IMG/VR virus record: IMGVR_UViG_3300045988_097913
Reading direction: 5' to 3' (one strand)
Length of the DNA: 64,000 nt
Source: a virus
A model generated the notes under the pieces. It was not told the DNA's origin. It worked only from the letters and a program-made list of their open reading frames with translations, and did no database searches. Position numbers and translations under genes: made by a program. The stretch's first letter is position 1. Each line of letters starts with the position of its first letter. Positions 1 to 9,400 of this stretch are shown piece by piece.

Positions 1-1
1 G

Positions 2-523
2 GTAGATGAGTATGATATAAACATGAGAGCATTAGTGGTTGGGATTGTGGAACATGAGAGTAGATTTCAGGGAAGTGTTGGAACAAAGTATAGGGGATTG
101 ATGCAGATTAGTACAAGTAAGGATGTGCTTAAATTTTTAGGTGTGAGTAAAGATGAACTATATAATGAAAAGACTAATATTAAATGTGGGGTAAAGATGC
201 TGAGGTATTATTTAGAAAAGAGCGAAGGAAATGTAGAGAGAGCATTGTGTATGTATGGATGCGGAGAGGGGAATAGTAGCAAGAGAAAAACATATTGTAG
301 ACCAAGCCAAGAGATTTATATTTTATATAAGAAGTATAAAAATTTATTTGAACAAGAAGAATATAACAATTTCTTGCTTGAAGAACTGGAAAACAGAAGC
401 TGTGAACTTGAACATCTAATTAAGGTTAGTGAAAAATGTGATAGTAAAAAGAGAAATTATTATGAAATGAGGATTAAGAGCATAGAAAATGAAATTTGTG
501 AAATCGAAAAAATGCTGGGATAA
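2..523 (+). CDS. lytic transglycosylase (SLT domain) protein, 5' end outside window
   Basis: Frame is open to the window edge. SLT motifs VEHESRF (catalytic Glu-Ser) and YRGLMQIS are present, followed by a C-terminal coiled-coil-like tail. Confidence 0.6.
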   Translation, partial: VDEYDINMRALVVGIVEHESRFQGSVGTKYRGLMQISTSKDVLKFLGVSKDELYNEKTNIKCGVKMLRYYLEKSEGNVERALCMYGCGEGNSSKRKTYCRPSQEIYILYKKYKNLFEQEEYNNFLLEELENRSCELEHLIKVSEKCDSKKRNYYEMRIKSIENEICEIEKMLG

Positions 524-527
524 GATG

Positions 528-556
528 TTGACATTAACTGCATGATGTGTTATAAT
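528..556 (+). promoter_or_regulatory. sigma-70/SigA-type promoter with extended -10
   Basis: TTGACA (528-533), 17-nt spacer, TGT-TATAAT (548-556), directly downstream of the previous stop codon. Confidence 0.6.
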
Positions 557-587
557 ACTTATAGATAAAACAATAAGGAGAGTTTGT

Positions 588-653
588 ATGTATTGTTTAT
601 TTATGTGTTTTGTGGCAATTATTGTAATGGGTATTATTTTTGGAAAGAGGTGA
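588..653 (+). CDS. 21-aa hydrophobic mini-protein (not in ORF track)
   Basis: ATG 588 lies 7 nt after AAGGAG (575-580). Translation is MYCLFMCFVAIIVMGIIFGKR, a single hydrophobic helix. Confidence 0.3.
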   Translation: MYCLFMCFVAIIVMGIIFGKR

Positions 654-657
654 ACTT

Positions 658-741
658 ATGGAGTTTCTTGTTGGTGTCTTTATACTTTCAGCTGTACTGT
701 ATTGCTTATTTGACGAAAAGGATGATTGGGGTGAACGGTAA
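658..741 (+). CDS. 27-aa hydrophobic mini-protein (not in ORF track)
   Basis: ATG 658 follows AGAGGTG. Translation is MEFLVGVFILSAVLYCLFDEKDDWGER. The stop overlaps the next start (TAATG at 739-743), suggesting translational coupling. Confidence 0.35.
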   Translation: MEFLVGVFILSAVLYCLFDEKDDWGER

Positions 742-1076
742 TGATTAGTCGTAAGGCGTTCGTAAGAGTCATGGAGGCTATTACAAAGCATGATGACTTT
801 GAAACAGCTATTAATGATGTGTTTAAGAAGTTTGATGATGATTCTAATATTATGAGTTGTAGTCTTGAGGGTGCAATTATGTACGTTATTCAAGAACAGT
901 TTGATGACCTCAAAGATGACTGGCTCGGATATCTGTGCTATGAGCGTAATTATCTTCGTGATTATGAACTTGGTGATATTCAGTTTGCGGATGGTTCTAG
1001 TCCAGAGTTGAATAACTGGTCTGATGTATATGATTTTCTTATTCGTTGTATGAATGACCATAAAACCAGAAAGTAA
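741..1076 (+). CDS. hypothetical protein
   Basis: 111-aa ORF, coupled to the upstream mini-ORF and co-oriented with the early operon. Confidence 0.55.
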   Translation: MISRKAFVRVMEAITKHDDFETAINDVFKKFDDDSNIMSCSLEGAIMYVIQEQFDDLKDDWLGYLCYERNYLRDYELGDIQFADGSSPELNNWSDVYDFLIRCMNDHKTRK

Positions 1077-1088
1077 TGGTGATGCCGC

Positions 1089-1373
1089 ATGGGTTTAAAG
1101 ATGTTATTTGATGTGCAGAAACCTGTGCGTCTACCAAGACAAGAAGTTATTGATAGATTATATAAGGAGTTTACTGTATATCAAATTAACGATATGATTA
1201 ACTCTAAGAATAAGCCAGAAACAGATTATCGGAAGTTATGCAGAAATATTGTGTCATATTATGATGCTCATGGGTATGTTTCTGAGAAGCAGAAGCTATG
1301 TCTGTGTAGATATACGGCATATAATTTTTTAGAACCGGAAAATTTATCAAAAATAGTTTCAAATAACTCTTGA
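1089..1373 (+). CDS. hypothetical protein
   Basis: 94-aa ORF. Its TGA stop lies inside the TTGACA of the next promoter. Confidence 0.5.
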   Translation: MGLKMLFDVQKPVRLPRQEVIDRLYKEFTVYQINDMINSKNKPETDYRKLCRNIVSYYDAHGYVSEKQKLCLCRYTAYNFLEPENLSKIVSNNS

Positions 1374-1397
1374 CAAACGATTTTTTCTGAGTATAAT
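1370..1397 (+). promoter_or_regulatory. sigma-70-type promoter
   Basis: TTGACA (1370-1375), 16-nt spacer, TATAAT (1392-1397). Confidence 0.5.
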
Positions 1398-1472
1398 ATT
1401 ATATAGAAACCAATCCCGACTGGTTCATGAAAAACGACTTTTATTTACAAAAAAAAACTAAGGAGAAACAAA

Positions 1473-1841
1473 ATGATTACGAAGATTTTTAACACGACTA
1501 CGGTTGCTGATGGTTCTACTGAGCGTCTGACTGTTCACACGAAGATTGGAGAGTTTGAAGTTCCGGGTAAGCGCATTACTTGTCACGTTCGTCCTCGTGA
1601 TAATGACGAGTATGATGCAGAATTTGGTAAGGCTCTTGCAAAGAAGAAGTTTGATATTCTTTCCACTGATGACCGCATCGGTCAGCACATGACTATGGCA
1701 AAGAATCTTCGTGCAATCGCCAAGAACCTGATGGATATTGCCGATAAGGAAGAGCGCATCGCAGATGATATGTGTGGCAAGATTGAAGATATGAAGTGTG
1801 CTTACGACTATTTTGTTGAAGAACATTTCCACAATAACTAA
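1473..1841 (+). CDS. hypothetical protein
   Basis: 122-aa ORF preceded by AAGGAGA. Confidence 0.6.
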   Translation: MITKIFNTTTVADGSTERLTVHTKIGEFEVPGKRITCHVRPRDNDEYDAEFGKALAKKKFDILSTDDRIGQHMTMAKNLRAIAKNLMDIADKEERIADDMCGKIEDMKCAYDYFVEEHFHNN

Positions 1842-1856
1842 TAAAGGAGAATAAAA

Positions 1857-2075
1857 ATGGAAGAAAGACACATCAATATGATTGAACCTGTAGAAGACAA
1901 GGTAAAGCATAAGCCCGAAAAGATTCTGTACTATACCTGTGTTGATTGTGGTGGCGTATTCCCTGTAAAGGAAGCAAAGATGGCAGAATGGTTTAATGCT
2001 CATGGTACATTCCCTTGTCATTGCGCTAATTGCAAGAAGCGTCGTGAGAATTTTGTTAAGAACAATAACAACTAA
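1857..2075 (+). CDS. zinc-ribbon protein
   Basis: 72 aa with CVDC...CHCANC (4-Cys/His ribbon). RBS is AAGGAGA. Confidence 0.6.
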   Translation: MEERHINMIEPVEDKVKHKPEKILYYTCVDCGGVFPVKEAKMAEWFNAHGTFPCHCANCKKRRENFVKNNNN

Positions 2076-2096
2076 TTTAACAAGGAGAATTATATA

Positions 2097-2846
2097 ATGG
2101 CAGAAGAAAAGAAGGCTCCTAATACAGTTGGTGATATTTTCAATACGCTATATTATCTTGATGCAAGTAGCCATATTGAGAAGAAGAACGGGCTGTCGTA
2201 TCTATCTTGGCCTTGGGCAGTTGCAGAAGTTTCAAAGGTATGTCCTGATTGGTCTTATGAGGTAAAGAAGTTTGGTGAGGCTCAGCTTCCTTATACTTTC
2301 GACCCAAAGACTGGTTATATAGTTTATACTAGTGTGACCATGAAGGGCGTTACTCATGATATGTGGCTTCCTGTTATGGACGGAGCTAACAAGGCCATGC
2401 GTGATGAGCCGTATCAGTATGAAGTTGCAAAATATGAGTATAATCCTCAGACTCGTCGCAAGGAAAAGACTGGCACGGAAATGAAGACCGTAGAAGTTGC
2501 TACTATGTTTGATATTAACAAGGCTATTATGCGTTGTCTCGTTAAGAATCTGGCTATGTTTGGTATTGGTCTATTTGTGTATGCTGGCGAAGACCTGCCA
2601 GAAGAAATTCCTATTGACCCTGTTGTTCAGAATGAACTAAAGGCAACTATTATCCAGATTGATGGTTTGGCAAAGAGCCTTGTTTCGGATAAAAAGATTA
2701 CTAAGCCTGAACTGATGGCTATCATTACTAAGTATCATGGTAGCGCAAACTACAATTCTATTAGTGATATTGATGTGGCAAAGAAGATTCTTGTTGACCT
2801 TGTTGCCAAGAACGAAGCATCTTCTGAAAAGAAGGACAATGCTTGA
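2097..2846 (+). CDS. single-strand annealing protein, Rad52 superfamily (DUF1071/Sak3-like)
   Basis: Motifs GLSYLSWPWA, LPVMDGANKAM, MRCLVKNLAMFGIGLFVYAGEDLPE are typical of DUF1071 annealing proteins. It sits next to SSB and a nuclease. Confidence 0.65.
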   Translation: MAEEKKAPNTVGDIFNTLYYLDASSHIEKKNGLSYLSWPWAVAEVSKVCPDWSYEVKKFGEAQLPYTFDPKTGYIVYTSVTMKGVTHDMWLPVMDGANKAMRDEPYQYEVAKYEYNPQTRRKEKTGTEMKTVEVATMFDINKAIMRCLVKNLAMFGIGLFVYAGEDLPEEIPIDPVVQNELKATIIQIDGLAKSLVSDKKITKPELMAIITKYHGSANYNSISDIDVAKKILVDLVAKNEASSEKKDNA

Positions 2847-2871
2847 CATAAGTCAAGTTTTAATATATAAT
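2842..2871 (+). promoter_or_regulatory. hairpin/terminator overlapping a promoter
   Basis: Hairpin CTTGAC-ATAA-GTCAAG plus TTTT (2842-2861). TTGACA (2843-2848), which contains the SSAP stop TGA, is followed by a 17-nt spacer and TATAAT (2866-2871). Confidence 0.45.
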
Positions 2872-2901
2872 ATATTTAACATTATAAAGGAGACTTAATT
2901 T

Positions 2902-3309
2902 ATGAATATGTTTGTTTATTCTGGTCGTTTTACTCGTGACCCTGAACTAAAGGACTCTAACGGTAATAAGTATGTATTTTTTAGTCTGGCACAGGACGTT
3001 CCTGTGAAGGATGGTGAACGTCGTCCTATTTTCCCCACTTTCACTGCTTTTGGTAAGACTGCCGAGGCTATTTGCAAGTATTTCAAGAAGGGGTCTGGTA
3101 TTGAAGTTACTGGTCATTTTGACACCCGTACTACCGAAGGTGATGGAAAGGATACAAAGATTACTCGTGAGAGTCATATTGTAGACCGTTGGGGTTTCTG
3201 CCCTGTCTCTAATGGTGGCGCAAAGGGTGAATCCGATACTCATGCAAAGAAGACAGAATCCGCTCCCGCTGATAACGCTACTTCTGGCTCTGATGACCTT
3301 CCTTTCTAA
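2902..3309 (+). CDS. ssb: single-stranded DNA-binding protein
   Basis: OB-fold N-terminus (GRFTRDPELK), flexible tail and acidic C-terminal tip SGSDDLPF (canonical SSB-Ct). Confidence 0.85.
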   Translation: MNMFVYSGRFTRDPELKDSNGNKYVFFSLAQDVPVKDGERRPIFPTFTAFGKTAEAICKYFKKGSGIEVTGHFDTRTTEGDGKDTKITRESHIVDRWGFCPVSNGGAKGESDTHAKKTESAPADNATSGSDDLPF

Positions 3310-3340
3310 GTAAAATTTAACTAAAAATAATTGATGGTTT

Positions 3341-3370
3341 TAGCCACCACCTTTCGGTGGTGGCTATTTT
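3341..3370 (+). terminator. intrinsic terminator
   Basis: TAGCCACCACC-TTTC-GGTGGTGGCTA followed by TTTT. Confidence 0.8.
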
Positions 3371-3389
3371 GTATTAAAGGAGGGAAAGT

Positions 3390-4304
3390 ATGGAAGAAGA
3401 GAAGCAAAAGAAACTACCAACTTTCTCATTTTCTAAACTAAAGAATTTTGGTGAGTGTCCAATTTGTTATTATAAAAACTACGTTTTGCATGAAAAGAAA
3501 AATGATAAAAGTGGTTTAAGTGAGTTTGGCACATTCTGCCATAAGATTCTTGAAATGTATGAGAAAGGTCAGCTTGAAATTTGGGAGATGTTATCCTATT
3601 ATCAGGATAACTTTCAAACAGAAGTTCCGTCTAGCTTTGTCGTAAAGATGTCTGATACATTTTCAAAAGACTTATATCCTTACTATTACGCAGATGGCGA
3701 GAATTATTTCACCAATTTTGAAGGATATTCAAATTGGGAGATTCTTGAATCGGAATATGAGTTTGAAATTCCTATTACTGATTACGCTCTGTTTAATGGT
3801 AAAGTTGACCTTATTGCTAGAAGTAAAAAGAGTGGTAGATTAATTATTATTGACCATAAATCTAAGTCTAAATTTAAGTCAAAAGAAGAACTCGCAGATT
3901 ATGCAAAACAGTTATATCTATATGCTTATGCAGTTCATGAGAAGTATGGTGAATGGCCTAAAACCCTTTATTTCAATATGTTCCGCAAGGGTGAATTGGT
4001 AGTTATTCCTTTTGACAAGAAAGAATATCGCATGGCTATGGACTGGGCGAAACGTACCATTGATGCCATCCTTTCTGTAAACTGGGATAATTTCAAGGTC
4101 GAAGAGACAAATAATTTTTGCGTAGAGCTTGAAGACCCTATTGTAAAAATTGAAAATCCGTACTATAATACAGATACGAAGAAATTACGGTTTGGTAATG
4201 GACACAAGAAGTATTCAGAACTTTTGGATTACAAGAATGACTTCTACGGAAGAAATCTTTGTGGTTATAAAGATAGCTGTGGACTCTGTGTAAGTCACCA
4301 ATAA
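3390..4304 (+). CDS. PD-(D/E)XK nuclease, Cas4/RecB-like with 4-Cys cluster
   Basis: N-terminal CPIC. Core is GKVDLIA...IIIDHKSKS (D...DxK), followed by a QLYLYAY (QhxxY) motif and C-terminal CGYKDSCGLC. Confidence 0.65.
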   Translation: MEEEKQKKLPTFSFSKLKNFGECPICYYKNYVLHEKKNDKSGLSEFGTFCHKILEMYEKGQLEIWEMLSYYQDNFQTEVPSSFVVKMSDTFSKDLYPYYYADGENYFTNFEGYSNWEILESEYEFEIPITDYALFNGKVDLIARSKKSGRLIIIDHKSKSKFKSKEELADYAKQLYLYAYAVHEKYGEWPKTLYFNMFRKGELVVIPFDKKEYRMAMDWAKRTIDAILSVNWDNFKVEETNNFCVELEDPIVKIENPYYNTDTKKLRFGNGHKKYSELLDYKNDFYGRNLCGYKDSCGLCVSHQ

Positions 4305-4321
4305 AAAGAGAGGGTTTAAAT

Positions 4322-6364
4322 ATGGCAGATTTGCTCGACAAAATTAAAGAAGCAGAACAAATGCTTGGAAATGAAGAACAGGCTATCGAGATTGCGAAGC
4401 TAATGAATCTTCGTAATTTTGATGAAGAGAAGCTAACGGGTTCTTCTCCATTTTCAAGCGATTCTAACCCTAGTTTTATTTGGAACAAAAAAGACCTTTG
4501 TTACCACGATTTTAGTAATGGTGGCAATTATAGCATCATCAATGCGTATATGTACGCTTATGATGAAACTTATGCACAAGCTCTAAAGCGTCTGTTTGAC
4601 CGTTGCCATATTGAATTTGATTTCAAGCGTGGCTTTGGTTATGATGAGCGTGAAAGCCTAGAGAATTATAAATTCCCTGTTGATGATTCTGTTGAAGACA
4701 ATTCTAATGCTACTGCTTATCTAAAGAAGCGTGGATTTACAGAAGAAACTATTAAGTTTTTTGATATTGGACAAACCAAAAAAGGTGACGTTCAATTTAA
4801 GTTCAAAGATATTAATGGTCGTTTAGTTGGTGTAAAATATCGTCATGCTCACGCTGTAAAGCATGGAGAGTCTAAGTATTGGTGGCAGGGTGATTGTTCT
4901 CCTTGTTATTCTCTGTTTAATATCAACAATATTGATATTACCCAACCTCTAATTGTTACGGAGGGAAATCTTGATGCTATGGCTGTATGGCAGTCTGGTA
5001 GTCACAATGTAGTGTCTATTCCGGGGGGAGCAACAGACCTAAATTGGATTAAGTATAACTTCGACTTTCTTGAGAAATTTAAGAAGATTATCCTATGGCT
5101 TGATAACGATACTGCTGGTGAAGAAGGGACAAAGAAGATTGTTCAAAAGCTGGGCGAGTATCGTTGTTATATTGTAGAGTCTCCTGATTATGCACAGGAA
5201 GCCGTTGAAGAATATTACAAGCAATTTAATCAAGAGAAACCTATTCGTAAAACAGATGCCAATAATGTAATGATTGCTATTGATGGCAGTGCAGTTCTAA
5301 AAATGATTGCCGATGCTAAAGCAGTTGATAATCCACGCATTAAGTCTCTGTTTGATTATGAGGAAATGCAACTACAAAACATCCCAAATATTTCATTCGG
5401 TGTTCGTTCTCTGAATAAAGTTCTATATGGAAATTTTGAAAGTACGTTAACCTTGATTACAGGAAAATCAGGCGAGGGCAAGAGTTCGGTGCTAAATCAG
5501 ATTTGCATTGCAGCCCCATTAGAACAAAATAAGAATGTATTTATTTATTCTGGTGAACTTCCAGCCCCTTTCCTACTTGGTAATATTTTTAGACCTCTTG
5601 CTTCTAATCGTCATATTATTGAATATGATAATGGCCCAGACCGCCCAAAGGGTTATGCAGTATCAAAACAAGCTACTGAATTAATTCGTCAGTGTTATCA
5701 TGATAACTTATTTGTATATGATGACAGCATTGAAGGAGATGAATCTTTAAGCACGGATAGTATGGGACTACTACAGCAAATGGACTACGCATACAGAAGA
5801 TATAATACAACAGTTTTCGTGATTGATAATATGATGTGTCTATCTTTGAAAGGTTGTTCAGGAGAAACAAAGCTGGAAAAACAGATTGATTTCATCAAGC
5901 AACTAAAGTTATTTACAAAACGCTATCCTGTAGAAGTTGCCCTAGTTGCCCATAGTCGTAAGCTCGCACAAGGAGAAACAGAAGTTGGTCTGCAAAGTGT
6001 AGCTGGCGCAAGCGAAATCGGAAATCTTTGTGATAGATGTATTGCCTGTAAAATCCTTCATGATGATTCAGAAGGATATAATTTTCAATTGTCTGTTGTG
6101 AAAGACCGCCAATCTGGCAAAGCTGGTAAAACCGTGAAACTCTACTACGACAATTGTTCAATGCGTATTTTTTCGGACGAACAAGAACTCGGAATGAGAT
6201 ACCGTTGGGAAAGAGAATTAGGAAGTAAAATTCACTATGATGAAAAACTAAGTAGTAGAATTGTATCTAATATCCCAGAGCTTAAATTTAATGTAATGCC
6301 AACCTTTACCTCTGAACCTGATATTCCAACAGAATCAACACAAGAACCAAATCTTCCGTTCTAA
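4322..6364 (+). CDS. bifunctional primase-helicase (TOPRIM + DnaB/gp4-like P-loop domain)
   Basis: TOPRIM motifs VTEGNLDAMA and LWLDNDTAGEEG. Walker A is GKSGEGKSS and Walker B-like is VFVIDNM. C-terminus is QEPNLPF. Confidence 0.85.
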   Translation: MADLLDKIKEAEQMLGNEEQAIEIAKLMNLRNFDEEKLTGSSPFSSDSNPSFIWNKKDLCYHDFSNGGNYSIINAYMYAYDETYAQALKRLFDRCHIEFDFKRGFGYDERESLENYKFPVDDSVEDNSNATAYLKKRGFTEETIKFFDIGQTKKGDVQFKFKDINGRLVGVKYRHAHAVKHGESKYWWQGDCSPCYSLFNINNIDITQPLIVTEGNLDAMAVWQSGSHNVVSIPGGATDLNWIKYNFDFLEKFKKIILWLDNDTAGEEGTKKIVQKLGEYRCYIVESPDYAQEAVEEYYKQFNQEKPIRKTDANNVMIAIDGSAVLKMIADAKAVDNPRIKSLFDYEEMQLQNIPNISFGVRSLNKVLYGNFESTLTLITGKSGEGKSSVLNQICIAAPLEQNKNVFIYSGELPAPFLLGNIFRPLASNRHIIEYDNGPDRPKGYAVSKQATELIRQCYHDNLFVYDDSIEGDESLSTDSMGLLQQMDYAYRRYNTTVFVIDNMMCLSLKGCSGETKLEKQIDFIKQLKLFTKRYPVEVALVAHSRKLAQGETEVGLQSVAGASEIGNLCDRCIACKILHDDSEGYNFQLSVVKDRQSGKAGKTVKLYYDNCSMRIFSDEQELGMRYRWERELGSKIHYDEKLSSRIVSNIPELKFNVMPTFTSEPDIPTESTQEPNLPF

Positions 6365-6383
6365 AATTTAACGAATAAATTAA

Positions 6384-6412
6384 TAGTGCATCTTGACAGA
6401 TGCACTATTTTT
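6384..6412 (+). terminator. intrinsic terminator
   Basis: 9-bp stem TAGTGCATC/GATGCACTA, 6-nt loop TTGACA, then TTTTT. Confidence 0.7.
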
Positions 6413-6421
6413 GTATATAAT
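6393..6421 (+). promoter_or_regulatory. sigma-70-type promoter whose -35 is the terminator loop
   Basis: TTGACA (6393-6398), 17-nt spacer, TATAAT (6416-6421). Confidence 0.55.
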
Positions 6422-6445
6422 AATAATCAGAAAGGAGTTGGTAAC

Positions 6446-9400
6446 TTGAACAATTATACGATTTACCATTGTCATACAGATATCTCTAATCTATCCGGCG
6501 CTGGTATGGATAGTGTCACCAAATATCAGGATTACGTTGCTCGTGCTAAAGAGTGCGGAATGAACGCTCTGTGCTTTTCTGAGCATGGTAACTTTTTCTT
6601 ATGGAAAAAGAAAAAGGACGCCATTGAAGCAGCAGGAATGAAGTATTTGCACGGAATTGAAATCTATGTAGCTGAGAAGCTTTGGTGGGAGACAGAAGAT
6701 AACCCAACCCCACACAAAGTCCGTGATAATTACCACTGCGTATTAATTGCTAAAAATCTCGCTGGTCTAAAAGAGTTAAACAAACTGTCTAGTATCGCTT
6801 TTAGAGAGGAACAGAGATATTACTCTCCAAGAATTACTTTCGAGCAACTTATTAACACAAGCGATAATATTATTATTACAACTGCTTGTGTTGGTGGAAT
6901 CTTATGTAAGGGAAACGAAGATATTAAAAATCGTTTTATTGAATTTTTAGCAGAACATAAAGATAGGTGCTTCCTAGAAATCCAACACCATAATGTTGAA
7001 AAGCAAAAGGAGTATAATCTTTATCTTTATGAGCTAAGTCAAAAATATGGTATCCCGCTCATTGCCGGTACTGATACTCATGCTTTGAATGATGCCCATG
7101 CGGAAGCGAGAAAGGTTTTGCAAAAATCTAAAAAGGTTCAGTTTAATGATGATGAAGCTGGATGGGATTTAACATTCAAGACCTATGACGAACTCGTAAA
7201 AGCATATCAGAGACAAAATTGTTTGCCAGAATCCGTGTATCTTGAAGCAATCCAGAACACAAATGTAATGGCAGATATGGTCGAGAGTATCACTCTTGAT
7301 ACCTCTTTTAAGTATCCAAAGGTCTTTCCAAATTCTACCGAACTTTTGCGTTCAAAACTATTCAATGAAACTTCTATTAGATATGCGATGGAGGATGGCT
7401 TTGCCCGTGAACAGGTAGTTGACCGTCTTAACGAAGAGATGGAAACGTTTATTGCAGTTGATGCAGTAGACTATATTCTTTTGCAGGAGTACATTGCGAC
7501 GTGGTGTCACAATCATGATATTTGGTGCGGCCCTGCTCGTGGCTCTGCCGCCTCTAGTCTTGCTCTATATATCCTTCATGTTACGGAAGTCAATCCTATG
7601 AAGCATAACTTTGCTTTCTGGCGTTTCATGAACAAAGATAAATATAGTTTGGCAGATGTGGATTTGGATTGGGGTAACGAAGATAGAGATAAAACTAAAT
7701 ATTGGATGCTTCACGACAAAATGGATTTCTCTAATATGCAAACTACCGAAATTATTACCTTTAACACGCTTGGCCTAAGAGGTGCTATTCGAGACTTTGG
7801 ACGCGGGCTTGAAATTTCCCTTGATACCGTAAATGAAATTTGCAACGCTATTTGTTTGGTATCAGAAGGAGAAAACAAAAAAGAGGTTATTGATGAGTCT
7901 TGGCGTAAAAAATATCCAAAACTTTTTAATTATGTAGACTTGGCACAAGGGGTTTGCACAAGTATCGGCGCTCATGCAAGTGGTGTTGTTGCCGCTAGTA
8001 CAGATGTCGATTTGGAAGCGGAGATTGGAACCTGTTATCTTAAAGGAGACGAGTACCTTGTTTCTGTTTTAAATATGAAAGAACTCGACTCCCTAAATTT
8101 TGTTAAGGAAGATGTGCTTGGGCTTACTAATATCTCCTGTATTAACAAGAGTTGCAAGCTTGCAAACATTCCAAAATTATCCGCTAAAACTGTTGATGTT
8201 AATGATGACAAAGTTTGGGAATCAGTTCGTGATGATACTTCTCTAATTTTTGAAGTCAACAGCCCTTATGGCGCGAGAACTGTTTCTCAGATGTATTCTG
8301 ATAAAGTCTGGCGCAAAATCAAAAAATCCAATCCATCTATTACTAAGTTTGACCTATTCGCTTATATTAGTGCGTTAATTCGTCCTTGCGGGAAAGAAGT
8401 TTATCCGAAAGCCGTTCAGGGTGAAGGTTATGTCTCTGGCGTAAAAGATATTGATGATTTACTTGCGAACGAAATGGGTTATCCTATCATGCAAGAATCC
8501 CAGATGTCTTTTGTACAAAAGTTCTGCGGATATACATTTCTACAAAGCGACAAGCTAAGAAAATGTGTTTCTCGTGGCTCAAAAATTCTGATGTCGGATG
8601 GCTCTCTAAAAAACATCGAAGATATTGAAATTGGAGACACCGTATGTACATTTGATAATTACGCTTGTTCTTCCAATAAAGTTATTAGTAAATATGACAA
8701 TGGTAAGAAATGTATTGTTGAAGTAAAATGTGATAGCGGGTTTAAGATTAAATGCACAGCAGACCATAGAATCTTGACACAAAGAGGCTATGTTGAAGCT
8801 AAAGATTTAACAACAAAAGATTTTGTATTTACCCCCAAAACAATCAAAAAATATAACGATGGGATTAAGAGCAACAAGAAACCCAGCAACGATACACTCT
8901 GGATGCTTGGCGCTTTAATTGGAGATGGTACAATTTACTCCAAAGAACATATAGCCCTTACAAATTCTGATATTGAAATTATTGAGAAGTTTAAAGCAAG
9001 TGTGGCGCAGGTTGGCGTTAAAGGTAATCCAGAGTTTTCTATTTTTGTAGCTAATGGAAAAACTGTTGATAAGGTGTATCAATGCAAAATTAAGAGCAGA
9101 AACTTTAAAGACTCGGTTTGGAATCTTATTATTAAATTTGGTCTAAACCATAAGGCGGCAGAAAAAGAGATTCCCGTCCAAATTCAACATTATTCCGCGA
9201 CTGAAAAACTCGCCTATTTCTTGGCTGGTATGTTCAACACTGATGGTGGTTATAATCTCGGAAGAGGAACTATTGAATATTATAGTATCAGTAAGAATCT
9301 AGTGTATCAGTTACAAGCGCAACTTTTGAAGTTTGGCATTTACTCTCAGGTCGGAATAAAAAAAGTATCTGGATACAATTACAATTCTTATATTCTTGCT

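Noticed and set aside
597-2021. Long minus-strand ORFs 597..1061 and 1458..2021, antisense to the early genes.
   Set aside because: Their translations are low-complexity and Ile/Leu/Asn-rich. They have no RBS and lie opposite well-formed plus-strand genes. They are AT-rich shadow ORFs. The same reasoning applies to the other antisense track ORFs inside TMP, Tal, TerL, the portal gene and others.
6386-6445. Track start GTG 6386 for the polymerase gene.
   Set aside because: These codons overlap the upstream terminator and the promoter (-35 at 6393, -10 at 6416). TTG 6446 after AAAGGAG is the plausible start.
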